A stretch of 64,000 bases of DNA, taken from positions 1,824,001 to 1,888,000 of the forward strand of contig CBDFGR010000002.1 in the NCBI GenBank assembly GCA_965247115.1, in the 5' to 3' direction. Origin of the DNA: Myxococcota bacterium. GTDB lineage: Bacteria > Myxococcota_A > UBA9160 > SZUA-336. The position numbers and the translations under genes were made by a program. Of the stretch, positions 36,956 to 48,022 are shown one piece after another (position 1 is the first letter of the stretch; each line of letters begins with the position of its first letter). Under the pieces are notes generated by a model that saw nothing but the letters and a program-made list of their open reading frames with translations, ran no database searches and was not told the origin of the DNA.

Positions 36956-39900
36956 GTGAGCAGCCAAGACCACAATCGCACGATCGAGAAGCTCGGGCGG
37001 CTCCTCGTTGCGGCGCTGATGCTCACCTGCACGATGTCCACGAGGAGCGCGCTCGCGGGACCACAGGGAGAGTCTGTGGTTGTGGGCTCGGCTACGTTTG
37101 ATCGCTCGACTCCTGACCTGACACTGATCGAGACGCCCGATCGCAGCGTCATCATCAACTACCAGAGCTTCGACATCCTCTCGGAAGAAACGGTCCGCTT
37201 CATCCAGCCGGACGCTGGGTCCCGCGTGCTCAACGAAATCCTGAGCGCGGCGCCAACGTCGATCGACGGCAATCTGCTCGCGAACGGGCAGGTCTACATC
37301 GTGAACCCGGCCGGAGTCGTCTTTGGCCATGGGGCCGTCGTCGACGTCGCTAAACTCTTCGCCGCCGGCGGGACCATCGATCACGACGAATTCCTGCTGA
37401 ACGTCGACCGCTTCACGGACCTGACCGGCGCGGTCAAGAACGAGGGCGCAATCGATGCGGCCGCGGTCCACCTGATCGGTCGCATGATCGAGAACGCGGG
37501 TACGATCGTGGCTTCGGATGGTCTCGTGGTGATGGCCGCGGGTCAGAACGTCTTGATCGGGAGTCCGTCGAGCGGGGTCTTTGTTTCCGTCGGGGGACGG
37601 GGCGAGGGTCCGAGCACCGAGCCTGCCATCCTGAACTCGGGCCGCATCGACGCGGGCGCACAGGGAGCGGTCAGTCTTGTCGCTGGCGATATCTACTCGC
37701 TCGCCTTCCGCCAAGCCGAGACGGGCAGCGTCAGCGCCGCAGACATTCGCATAGAGGGCGGTGATGGAGGTGCCGTAGAAGTCGCGGGATCGTTGGACGC
37801 TTCGAACCTCAGCGAAGGGGGGAAGGGCGGGTCGATCACCGTTCTGGGCGACAAGGTGGGGCTGTTCGGCGACGCGCGGCTCGACGCCTCTGGGGACGGC
37901 GGCGGCGGGACGGTCCTCGTCGGTGGCAACTTCCAGGGCAAGGGCCCGGAGCGCAATGCGGACCTCACCTTCGTAGGACCTGAGGCGAGCATAGCGGCCG
38001 ACGCCATCACGTTCGGCGACGGTGGAGAGGTGATCGTTTGGGCGGACGGGGCCACGAACTTCCATGGTTCCATCAGCGCGCGCGGAGGGGAGGACGGAGG
38101 TGAGGGCGGATTCGTCGAATCCTCCGGTCGCGAGTATCTGAGTGTGACAGGAGCGAGAGTCGATACCAGCGCTCCCGCGGGGGAGTTCGGGATCTGGCTA
38201 CTCGATCCCACCGACATTCGGGTTGTAGCGGATGGAACCGAGGATTCCACCGACTTGACTGACGTGGACAACTTTGCCGACGCGGACTTAGATCAGGCAA
38301 ACAATGAGACCGCTATCGCGGTCAGTGCGGTCGATGGCGCCCTCGCGACCGTGGTGCTCCAAGCCACCAACGACATCTTCTTTGACGTCCCAGTGAACGT
38401 GGCCAGCAGCGGTGTCGGTATCACTGCGCAAGCCGGCAACGACATTACGGTTGACGCAAGCCTGACGACAAACGACGGGAACATCACCTTCTCGGCGAAT
38501 AACCCCGGAGGGACGCAGACCGGAACAGGGGCCATCAATGTCAATGCGGCGATAGATGGAGGTGGCGGCACGATCTCGATGACCACCAATGGCGGCACTG
38601 GAGCCATCAATCTTGCCGCAAACGTCTCGAGTAGCGGTGGCGGGGCCGGGATCATCTTCAGTAGCAATGTCGCTCTCACGAGTAGTCCGATCACGATCGA
38701 TGCGGGCAACAATTTTGTACGCTTCGACGGTCTGGTGGACGGCGACGGAGTTGGCGCGCGGGCATTGGTCGTCAACGCGGCCGGTTCCAGCACGACTCGG
38801 TTCAACGCAGCAGTTGGTTCAGTGACTCCGCTCTTGAGTCTGACGACGAATGCTGGAGGGACGGTACGGATCTCGGCGCCGATCAGCACGTCTGGCGGCA
38901 TGACGTTCCAGGGTCCCGTCGTCGTGGTGACCGATAACACTCTTACAGATACGGGCGGAGTAGGCGTCACGTTCGGCAGCACGGTCAACGGACAATCGAC
39001 TGGAGGACAGGCCCTGACGCTGGACGTGGCGGGAACTACCACTTTCAGCGGAGTCGTGGGAGGTTCGACATCTCTCGCGTCGATCACCACGAATGCTGCA
39101 GGGACGACTGCCATCAACGGCGGATCGATCACGACGACCGGCTCCCAGACCTACAACGATGCGGTCAATCTGGCAGCGGGGACGCAGACGCTCACGGCAT
39201 CTGCGCTGAGCTTCGCGTCGACGCTGGATGGGCCCGGAGCGCTGGACGCGGACGTGGCGGGGGCGACGACGTTCAGCGGGATCGTGGGCGGGACTACGTC
39301 CCTGGCCGCGGTCGACACGGATGCGGCGGGGACGACCGCCATCAACGGCGGATCGATCACGACGGCCGGCTCCCAGACCTACAACGATGCGGTGAGTCTG
39401 GCGGCGGGGACGCAGACGTTGGGGGCATCGGCGCTGAGCTTCGGATCGATGCTGGATGGACCCGGCGGGCTGGACGCCGACGTGGCGGGGGCGACGACGT
39501 TCAGCGGGATCGTGGGCGGGACTACGTCCCTGGCCGCGGTCGACACGGATGCGGCGGGGACGACCGCCATCAACGGCGGATCGATCACGACGGCCGGCTC
39601 CCAGACCTACAACGATGCGGTGAGTCTGGCGGCGGGGACGCAGACGTTGGGGGCATCGGTGCTGAGCTTCGGATCGACGCTGGATGGGCCCGGAGCGCTG
39701 GACGCGGACGTTGCGGGGGCCACGACGTTCGGTGGGATTGTGGGCGGGACAACGTCCCTGGCCTCGATCGATACCGACGCGGCGGGGACGACCGCGATCA
39801 ACGGCGGATCGGTCACCACGACCGGCTCGCAGACCTACAACGATGCGGCGAGTCTGGGCGCCGGGACGCAGACGCTCACGGCGTCCTCGCTGAGCTTCGG

Positions 39901-42900
39901 GTCAACGCTGGATGGACCGGGCGGGCTGGACGCGGACGTTGCGGGGGCCACGACGTTCGGTGGGATTGTGGGCGGGACAACGTCCCTGGCCTCGATCGAT
40001 ACCGACGCGGCGGGAACGACCGCGGTCAACGGCGGGTCGGTCACGACAACCGGCTCGCAGACCTACAACGATGCGGCGAGTCTGGGAGCAGGGACGCAGA
40101 CGCTCACGGCGTCCGCGCTGAGCTTCGGGTCGACGCTGGATGGACCGGGCGGGCTGGACGCGGACGTCGCGGGGGCCACGACGTTCAGTGGGAGTGTGGG
40201 CGGGACAACGTCCCTGGCTTCGATCGACACGGAGCCCCGGGGACGACCGCGATCAACGGCGGATCGGTCACCACGACCGGCTCGCAGACGTACAACGATG
40301 CAGTCAATCTGGCGGCGGGGACGCAGACGCTGGGGGCATCGGCGCTGAGCTTCGGGTCGACTCTCGATGGACCCGGCGGGCTGGACGCCGACGTGGCGGG
40401 GGCCACGACGTTCGGTGGGGCTGTGGGCGGAACAACGTCCCTGGCCTCGATCGACACGGATGTGGCGGGGACGACCGCGATCACCGGAGGATCGGTCACC
40501 ACAACCGGCTCCCAGACCTATAACGATGCGGCGAGTCTGGGCGCCGGGACGCAGACGCTCACGGCGTCCGCGCTGAGCTTCGGGTCGACGCTGGATGGAC
40601 CCGGCGGGCTGGACGCCGACGTGGCGGGGGCCACGACATTCAGCGGGGCTGTGGGCGGGACAACGTCCCTGGCCTCGATGGACACGGATGCGGCGGGGAT
40701 GACCGCGATCAACGGAGGATCGGTCACCACGACCGGTACGCAGACGTACAACGATGCGGTCAATCTGGCAGCGGGGACGCAGACGCTCACGGCATCTGCG
40801 CTGAGCTTCGGGTCGACGCTGGATGGGCCCGGAGCGCTCGACGCCGACGTCGCGGGGGCCACGTCCTTCAGCGGGGCGGTCGGCGGGACAACGTCCCTGG
40901 CCTCGATCGACATGGATGCCCCGGGAATGACCGCGGTCAACGGCGGATCGGTCACGACGACCGGCTCGCAGACGTACAACGATGCGGTCAGTCTGGGCGC
41001 CGGGACGCAGGCGCTCACGGCATCCGCGCTGAGCTTCGGGTCGACGCTGGATGGACCCGGCGGGCTGGACGCCGACGTCGCGGGGGCTACGACGTTTAGC
41101 GGGATCGTCGGCGGGACAGCATCCCTGGCCTCGATCGACACGGATGCGGCGGGGACGACCGCGATCAACGGAGGAGCGATCACGACGGCTGGCTCCCAGA
41201 CCTATAACGATGCGGTGAGTCTGGCGGCGGGGACGCAGACGTTGGGGGCATTGGCGCTGAGCTTCGAATCGACGCTGGATGGGCCCGGAGGGCTGGACGC
41301 CGACGTGGCGGGGGCCACGACATTCAGCGGGATCGTGGGCGGGACTACGTTCCTGGCCTCGATCGAGACGGATTCCGCGGGGACGACGGCGATCAACGGC
41401 GGATCGGTCACGACGACCGGCTCGCAGATCTACAACGATGCGGTCAGTCTGGCGGCGGGGACGCAGACTCTGGCTGCATCGGCGCTGAGCTTCGGCTCGA
41501 CGCTGAATGGGCCCGGAGCGCTGGATGCCGACGTCGCGGGGGCCACGACGTTCAGTGGGATTGTTGGCGGGACAACGTCCCTGGCCTCGATCGACACGGA
41601 TGCCGCGGGGACGACCGCGATCAACGGCGGATCGGTCACGACGACCGGCTCGCAGATCTACAACGATGCGACGAGTCTGGGAGTCGGGACGCAGACGCTG
41701 GCAGCATCGGCGCTGAGCTTCGAGTCGACGCTCGATGGCCCGGGTGGGCTGGACGCGGATGTGGCGGGAGTCACGATGTTCAGCGAGGTCGTGGGCGGGA
41801 CAGCATCCCTGGCCTCGATCGACACGGATGCCGCGGGGTCGACCGCCATCAATGGCGGATCGGTCACGACGACGGGCTCGCAGATCTACAACGATGGAGT
41901 CAGTCTGGCGGCGGGGACGCAGATGTTGGGGGCATCGGCGTTGAGCTTCGGGTCGACCCTGGATGGACCGGGCGGGCTGGATGCGGACGTGGCGGGGGCC
42001 ACGACGTTCAGTGGGATCGTGGGCGGGACCACGTCGCTAGCCTCGATCGACACGGACGCCGCGGGGACGACCGCCATCAACGGCGGATCGGTCGCCACAA
42101 CCGGCTCACAGACCTACAACGATGCGGCGAGTCTGGGCGCCGGGACGCAGACGCTGGCAGCATCGGCGTTGACCTTCGAGTCAACACTCGATGGCCCCGG
42201 CGGCTTGGACGCCGACGTCGCGGGGGCTACGACGTTTAGCGGGACCGTGGGCGGGACCACGTCTCTGACCTCGATCGACACGGATGCGGCGGGGTCGACC
42301 GCGATCAACGCTTCTGTTCGTACGTCTGGCGGCATCATGACGTTCAACGACGCCGTCAGTCTGACCGGTGCGACTACGCTCACGGACACCGGCGGAACGG
42401 GAGTCACGTTTAATAGCACTGTGGACGGCGCGCAGGACCTGGTCCTGGCCGTCACCGGGACCACGACATTCAACGGGGCGGTGGGCGGGACGACACCTAT
42501 CGGCGATGGCGTGGGTCCTGCGCTCACGGTCAACTCGACGGGAGTTACGACGTTCGCAAATACCTTGGCGACGGCGTCGGGTATCACGCAAGCGGACAGC
42601 GCCGGAGCCGTGACGTTCCGGGATCATGTCACGCTGGGGGATGGAGACACCGATTCGACGCTCCTCGCGGACGTGGTCCTGGACGGCTTGACCTTCACGG
42701 CCGACGATCCGGTGACGTTCGGGAGTGTCTCGACCGATCAGGTGACGCTGTCCGGGAGTGCGGTCACGGTAACCACGAGTGACGATGCTGTGACCTTCAA
42801 CGCACAGGTGGACGGGGCGCAGGCTCTCGTCGTAAACGCGGGTACCGGGACGACGAGCTTCAATGCGCTCGTGGGCTCCACGACGCCACTTCTGAGTGTG

Positions 42901-44001
42901 ACGACCGATTCGGGTGGGAGAACGGAGATTGGCGCCTCGATGAGCGCGTCGGGCGGTAGCATGACGTTCAATGACCCGGTAGAGCTGACGGGTGCCACCA
43001 CACTCACGGACACCGGCGGGACTGGGATTTTGTTCAACAACACAGTAGACGGAGCTCATGACCTGATCCTGGATGTGACGGGTCCGACGACGTTCGTCGG
43101 CTCGGTAGGCGGCACTACACCAATCGGAGCTGGGGTGGGTCCCGCGATTGCAATCAACTCGGCGGGAGCGACAGCCTTCGAGAGCAGCGTCGATACGGAT
43201 GGGCCCATCGTACCAGCGGACGACGCCGGCCCCGTGACATTCGCGGACGAACCCGCGCCTGGTGAGCCTCCGCCCGTTGAGGCCGATCCCAGAGATCCCA
43301 ACCCGGTCTTGCCTGAGATCTGGCAAGCGGAAAGCGTCGTCGGGATAGATGTTCCGCTCGCCTCTGGGAGTCCTCCGGTCGATGTGGATGCACTCGTCGA
43401 GAGGAAGGAGATCCGGGCAGACGACATGACAGTGTTCCTGGAATGCATCCGGTTGACTGGCGATCCGACACCGTTGCCCATGGACTGCCCGGACGAGTAC
43501 GCGACGCTAGCTGCGATCCCGGAACAGGGCGAGCTTCCACCCGTAGCCGGTAGAGGCGAGGGATCCGACCTGCGAGCGGGTCAGTTGGTTGTCATGGCCC
43601 AGCCGATTGGTCACCCCGAGCGACCTCCCTCTGCGGCGCAGCTGAAGGCGCTCCGTCACTATCGTGGTCTGATAGGCAGCGCAGCGAAGCCGGTGATTGC
43701 GCGTGCCGTCGAGTCGTACAGAGCCGAGGAGGGGGTACGCGAAGTAAAGGGTTCGGATCTCCGCCGGTACATCGAGGGGTCCTCTAGCCATGCGCATGCG
43801 GCGTCTCTCTTGAACAGCATTGGCGAACTCCTGAAGGAGCTGCGCGCCAGTGGAATGACACGGGAGGGGCTTTTGCGCGCGACGATGCGCGTACTCGAGG
43901 AGCTCTCGCCCGAGAACCTCTCGGCCGTCGAGCTGGGCAGGGCAGCCGAAGAGACCTCGCCGGGTGCCCGCGTCGGCCTCGTCTTCTACCAATCCTCGTA
44001 G
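36956..44001 (+). CDS. TpsA filamentous haemagglutinin-like exoprotein (~2350 aa), with one frameshift near 40233
   Basis: TPS domain (INYQSFDI, ANGQVYIVNPAGV, GGFVESSG, WLLDP) followed by 76-aa repeats. Repeat codon GAT reads GA at ~40233, which splits ORFs 36398..40348 and 40393..44001. Confidence 0.88.
39020..42309 (+). repeat. Intragenic tandem repeat, 228-bp unit, ~14.4 copies
   Basis: The T-T-T/A-G-S/T-Q-T/I-Y-N-D motif recurs at 39131, 39359, 39587, 39815, 40043, 40270 and so on to 42094. Confidence 0.95.
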
Positions 44002-45338
44002 AGCCCTCGGCGCGTCGGTGGAAGGCCGGAGGGGCCGTGCCCCTGGTGCTTGGTGGCTACCGCCTGGAAGATCAGCATCGATCCGTTGCTGAAGCCGCGC
44101 GTCACGCCGGCGGTGTAGGCTAGCCAGAGTCGGTAGCGCTCGGGTCCGACCAGACGGCTCGCCTCCTCGCCCTGCTCCGAGAGCCGCTCACACCAGGCCC
44201 TCGCGGTGCGCGCGTAGTGCTCGCGCAGGCCCTCGACATCGTGGACCTCGAAGCCCGCGTGCTCCATGGCGGCAAGCGTGTGTCCGATGTTGGTGAGCTC
44301 GGAGCCGGGGAAGATGTACTTCTGGAGCAGACGCTTCTCTGGCGTGATCCGCCGACGCCTGCGACGCGTCGGCTTGGAGCGGCTCGCGATGCCGTGATTG
44401 AGGAGAATTCCGCGATTGCGGAGCAAGCGGTTCAATGTGCCGAAGTAGCGCGGGAGGTTGCGCAGCCCGATGTGTTCGAACATGCCGACGCTCGCAATCT
44501 TGTCGTACTGGCCGTCGAGACCTGTGTAATCGACGAGGTCCACTCGGACGCGATCCTCGAGCCCGAGTCGCCCAATCTTTTCGCGCGTGAACTTGCACTG
44601 CTCCGCCGACAGCGTCACGCCGTGGGCGTGGACTCCGTACTTCTGCGCCGCGTAGCAGATCAACCCACCCCAGCCGCAGCCGACGTCCAAGAGACGCTCG
44701 CCGGGCTCGAGACGAAGCTTCCGACAGATCATCTCCATCTTGTCGAGCTGGGCCTGCTCGAGGCTGTTTTTCCAGTCGGTAAAGTAGGCGCAGGAGTACT
44801 GCATCTCCCGATCGAGAAAGAGCGCGTAGAACTCGTTCGAGACGTCGTAGTGGAACTGGATGAAGTCGCGGTTGTCCCGCCGGGATTCCCTGCGGCCAGT
44901 CGTCTCACCCCCGAACCCGTGTTCGAGCTCCTTCGGGCTGTGCCTTGCGAAGACCAACGGTAGAGCCTCGCGGAACGCGGCGACCAGCCCGACTTTCGAG
45001 AGCTTGGATCGCGAGGCGCCGCGGGAGCGCAGCGCCTCGAAGAACTCGAGGATCTCGCCTCCGGTCAGATCGAGGCCCCCGGTCGCGTACTCGCGCACCA
45101 GCATCTCCGGCGTCGGTCGGCGGAGAAGCGAGCCAAGGACACCGGGGTCCGCGATCGAGATTGCGAGTCGAGGGTCGACGTCGCTGCCGAGCGCCACGCG
45201 AGTCCCGTCCCACAGTCGGATCGAGAATCCCAGCTCGAGGGCCGGTGCGAGCCGCCGGAACAGCTTCCGTGCAGCTCGCAACCGCCGCGCGTCCGAGAAG
45301 AAGCCGCCAGCGGACCCATCCTGGCTCGGCGGTACCAC
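43986..45338 (-). CDS. cfa: Cyclopropane-fatty-acyl-phospholipid synthase family methyltransferase
   Basis: FHYDVSNEFY, MQYSCAYF, LDVGCGWG, KYIFPG. Confidence 0.88.
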   Translation of the reverse strand: MVPPSQDGSAGGFFSDARRLRAARKLFRRLAPALELGFSIRLWDGTRVALGSDVDPRLAISIADPGVLGSLLRRPTPEMLVREYATGGLDLTGGEILEFFEALRSRGASRSKLSKVGLVAAFREALPLVFARHSPKELEHGFGGETTGRRESRRDNRDFIQFHYDVSNEFYALFLDREMQYSCAYFTDWKNSLEQAQLDKMEMICRKLRLEPGERLLDVGCGWGGLICYAAQKYGVHAHGVTLSAEQCKFTREKIGRLGLEDRVRVDLVDYTGLDGQYDKIASVGMFEHIGLRNLPRYFGTLNRLLRNRGILLNHGIASRSKPTRRRRRRITPEKRLLQKYIFPGSELTNIGHTLAAMEHAGFEVHDVEGLREHYARTARAWCERLSEQGEEASRLVGPERYRLWLAYTAGVTRGFSNGSMLIFQAVATKHQGHGPSGLPPTRRGLYEDW

Positions 45339-45400
45339 ACGGGCAGCATAGGCGCTTCGGTCTGAGGAAGCTGCCGGTTCCCTGTGCTACACCGACCTGG

Positions 45401-46069
45401 ATGCCCGATCGCGCTCACAAGCCGGGTCTACTCGAACGTTGGCTGCTCGCCCTGGCGGCGCTGCTGCTGCGCTTGCACGCACTCTCTTTGCGCTATCGGG
45501 TCGAGGGCTTGGAGGTCGTCCACGAGCTGCTGGAAGCCGGTACACCGGTACTGCTGGCGAGCTGGCACGGCCGGGTGCTGCTGCTGCCCTTCCACCTTCG
45601 GGGTCTCTTGCAGACAATCATGATCAGTCGGAGTCGAGACGGCGAGCGTATTGCGACCATCTGCGAACGGATCGGGTACTCGACCGTGCGTGGCTCGAGC
45701 TCGCGCTCCGGCGCGCGCGCGCTACTCGAAGTCGTGCGCCTGCTGAAGAAGAGCCGTGTCGTTGGCCACGTCGTCGACGGTCCCCTCGGGCCGGCCGGAG
45801 AGATCAAGGGCGGCCTGGTCCTGATCGCCCAGCGCTCGGGTGCCTCGATCGTGCCCGTGTACGCGACCGCCGCGCACAGGTGGGAGGCGCCGAGCTGGGA
45901 TCGGATGCAGATCGTCTACCCCTTCAGTCGCGTGCTCGTTCGCTATGGACCAGCCGTCGAGGTATCTCCCGAGCTCGATGCCGAGGCCTGCGAGCGGGTG
46001 CGTCTCGGGCTGGAGCGGCAGATGAAAACGGAGTACGAGCGTCTGGAAGCCGAGCTCGTCGCGCGCTGA
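45401..46069 (+). CDS. Lysophospholipid acyltransferase-like / DUF374 protein
   Basis: WHGR, ISRSRDGE, VRGSSSR, DGPLGP. Confidence 0.88.
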   Translation: MPDRAHKPGLLERWLLALAALLLRLHALSLRYRVEGLEVVHELLEAGTPVLLASWHGRVLLLPFHLRGLLQTIMISRSRDGERIATICERIGYSTVRGSSSRSGARALLEVVRLLKKSRVVGHVVDGPLGPAGEIKGGLVLIAQRSGASIVPVYATAAHRWEAPSWDRMQIVYPFSRVLVRYGPAVEVSPELDAEACERVRLGLERQMKTEYERLEAELVAR

Positions 46070-46105
46070 GCGTTCCCTCGGTCGCACACGAGCGCGTCGC
46101 TAGCC

Positions 46106-46151
46106 TCACCTCGAGCGCCCGGAATCTGCTGATTCCGGGCGCTCGAGGTGA
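46106..46151. terminator. Perfect 21-bp stem hairpin between convergent genes
   Basis: TCACCTCGAGCGCCCGGAATC-TGCT-GATTCCGGGCGCTCGAGGTGA; no U-tract. Confidence 0.55.
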
Positions 46152-46181
46152 AGCCGGCCGCCGGCGTTCGACGGGTGGGTT

Positions 46182-46427
46182 TTACTCCGTCAACGCGTCC
46201 GGCGCGTCCCCTGGTTGCACGGCTTCGTCAGCCGGCTGCTCCTCGTCCTTAGCCGGATCTTCGGCGGTGGCCTCGGACGGCTCTTCCGTCGTCTCAACCG
46301 ATTCCGCAGCAACGTCCGGAACGTCGTTGGTCGTCGCGCCCTCAACGCACGCTCCCGACCCGAACCCGAGCAGGGCTAGCCCAATAAGGGGCGCAAGAGC
46401 GCCCCTCAACCCTTTCTGCAGTTTCAT
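46182..46427 (-). CDS. Small acidic putative lipoprotein
   Basis: MKLQK + hydrophobic stretch + GSGAC lipobox-like site, then an E/D/P/A-rich tail; GAGG RBS; sigma-54 promoter upstream. Confidence 0.65.
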   Translation of the reverse strand: MKLQKGLRGALAPLIGLALLGFGSGACVEGATTNDVPDVAAESVETTEEPSEATAEDPAKDEEQPADEAVQPGDAPDALTE

Positions 46428-46505
46428 CACCCCAATCCTCCACTCGCGCCAGCGCGCACAATTCGGAGGCGCCCCTTACCCCCCACGGGCACGGTGGGCC
46501 GTATC

Positions 46506-46520
46506 GCAAGTCACGTGCCA
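46506..46520 (-). promoter_or_regulatory. Sigma-54 -24/-12 promoter
   Basis: Minus strand TGGCAC-GTGAC-TTGC matches the TGGCAC-N5-TTGC consensus. Confidence 0.8.
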
Positions 46521-46654
46521 CTCGTGAATGGCACGGGCGTTCAGGCGGACCCAGTCTGAGATCATTTGTGGCGACGGGCACTTAGGTGGGTCGCGATGTT
46601 CCTGGTGCGCCTTCCCCGTGGGCTCGGGAAGATTTGTCCTTTGAAATTCGCGTC

Positions 46655-46667
46655 TGTACATTTTACA
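46655..46667. promoter_or_regulatory. Candidate enhancer-binding protein site TGTA-N5-TACA
   Basis: AT-rich inverted repeat about 135-150 bp upstream of the sigma-54 site and just before the regulator ATG. Confidence 0.4.
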
Positions 46668-46675
46668 AAGGGTTT

Positions 46676-48022
46676 ATGCCACGAGCGCTCGTCGTCGACG
46701 ACGACCCGGAGATCCTGCGACCCCTCGCCAAGCTGGTAGAGAGGGAGGGTTTCACGACGAGGACATGCGAGAGTCTGGCCAAGGCGCGCAGTCAGCTGGC
46801 GGGGGAAACCTGGGACGTCGTGATCGCGGACCTCTCGCTGCCCGATGGCAGCGCGCTCGACCTCTTGTCGCAGATCGAGGACCTCGCACAGACCGAGGTC
46901 ATCCTCGTCACCGGTCACGGGAGCATCGACTCGGCCATCGAGGCGTTTCGGGGCGGCGCGATCGACTACCTGACCAAGCCCATCGACACCGGGCGCCTGC
47001 GCGGACTCTTGCACAAGCTGCTGCGCACAGTGGAGCTGCGCAACGAGGTGGACGCATTGCGTGCAGAGCTGCGTCGCGCGGGTCGCTTTGGAAAGATGCT
47101 CGGCGTCTCGCCAGCAATGCAAGTTCTCTACGATCAGGTGCTTCGGGTGGCCCCGACCGACGCAACCGTCCTCATCACCGGCGAGACCGGGACCGGCAAA
47201 GAGCTCGTCGCCGAGAGCATCCACCAGATGAGCCCGCGGGCGAAGAAGCCTTTCGTTGCAGTGAACTGTGGGGCGGTCGCGTCGAACCTGATCGAGTCGG
47301 AGCTATTCGGGCACGAGCGCGGTAGCTTCACGGGGGCAACGAGAAGACACCGCGGAGTGTTCGAGCGCGCGGACACAGGGACGCTGTTCCTCGACGAGAT
47401 CACGGAGATGCCGGCGGAGCTCCAGGTCCGGCTGCTCCGCAGTCTCGAGACCAAGACGGTGCTGCGCATCGGAAGTGAACGGGACATCGTCGTGGATGTT
47501 CGGGTCGTGGCGGCGACGAACCGGGACCCGGAGGAAGCGGTCCAGGAAGGAAAGCTACGTGCGGATCTCCTGTACCGGTTGCTCGTCTTCCCGATCGAGG
47601 TGCCGCCGTTGCGCGAACGGGGCAACGACGTCGCCCTGATTAGCGAGCACTATCTCGGTCAGCTGAACGCGGAGGCGGAGACCTCGAAGCAGTTCACCGC
47701 GGAAGCGCTGGATCAGCTGTGCGCGCACGAGTGGGCCGGGAACGTGAGGGAGCTGCGCAACGCCATCGAGCGGGCATTCATCATGGCTTCTGATCGCATC
47801 ACCATGGAGAGTCTTCCCTTCGCCCCGGATGCGGAGCTCGCGAGCGAGCCAGCGGGGGCCCGGTCACCCGTCGGTACGAGCCTCGCGGCGGCGGAACGCG
47901 AGCTGATCCTGACTACGGTGAACCACTACGGGGGCGACAAGAACGAGGCCGCGCGTGTTCTGGGCATAAGCCTGAAGACGCTGTACAACCGGCTCCACAA
48001 GTATGGAGTGATTGGGTCTTAG
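46676..48022 (+). CDS. Sigma-54-dependent response regulator (NtrC/AtoC family)
   Basis: REC domain; GETGTGKE; ESELFGHERGSFTGA; FLDEI; Fis-type HTH. Confidence 0.95.
   Translation: MPRALVVDDDPEILRPLAKLVEREGFTTRTCESLAKARSQLAGETWDVVIADLSLPDGSALDLLSQIEDLAQTEVILVTGHGSIDSAIEAFRGGAIDYLTKPIDTGRLRGLLHKLLRTVELRNEVDALRAELRRAGRFGKMLGVSPAMQVLYDQVLRVAPTDATVLITGETGTGKELVAESIHQMSPRAKKPFVAVNCGAVASNLIESELFGHERGSFTGATRRHRGVFERADTGTLFLDEITEMPAELQVRLLRSLETKTVLRIGSERDIVVDVRVVAATNRDPEEAVQEGKLRADLLYRLLVFPIEVPPLRERGNDVALISEHYLGQLNAEAETSKQFTAEALDQLCAHEWAGNVRELRNAIERAFIMASDRITMESLPFAPDAELASEPAGARSPVGTSLAAAERELILTTVNHYGGDKNEAARVLGISLKTLYNRLHKYGVIGS

Noticed and set aside
39151..42098. Series of ~69-aa ORFs on both strands
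   Set aside because: Shadow frames of the TpsA repeats.
39020..42309. Regular repeats as a CRISPR array
   Set aside because: Units are 228-bp in-frame coding repeats without unique spacers, and no cas genes are present.
36956..44001. CdiA toxin
   Set aside because: No VENN-type pretoxin motif and no downstream immunity gene.
46529..46544. Second sigma-54 promoter on the plus strand
   Set aside because: The -12 element reads TTCA and lacks the conserved GC.
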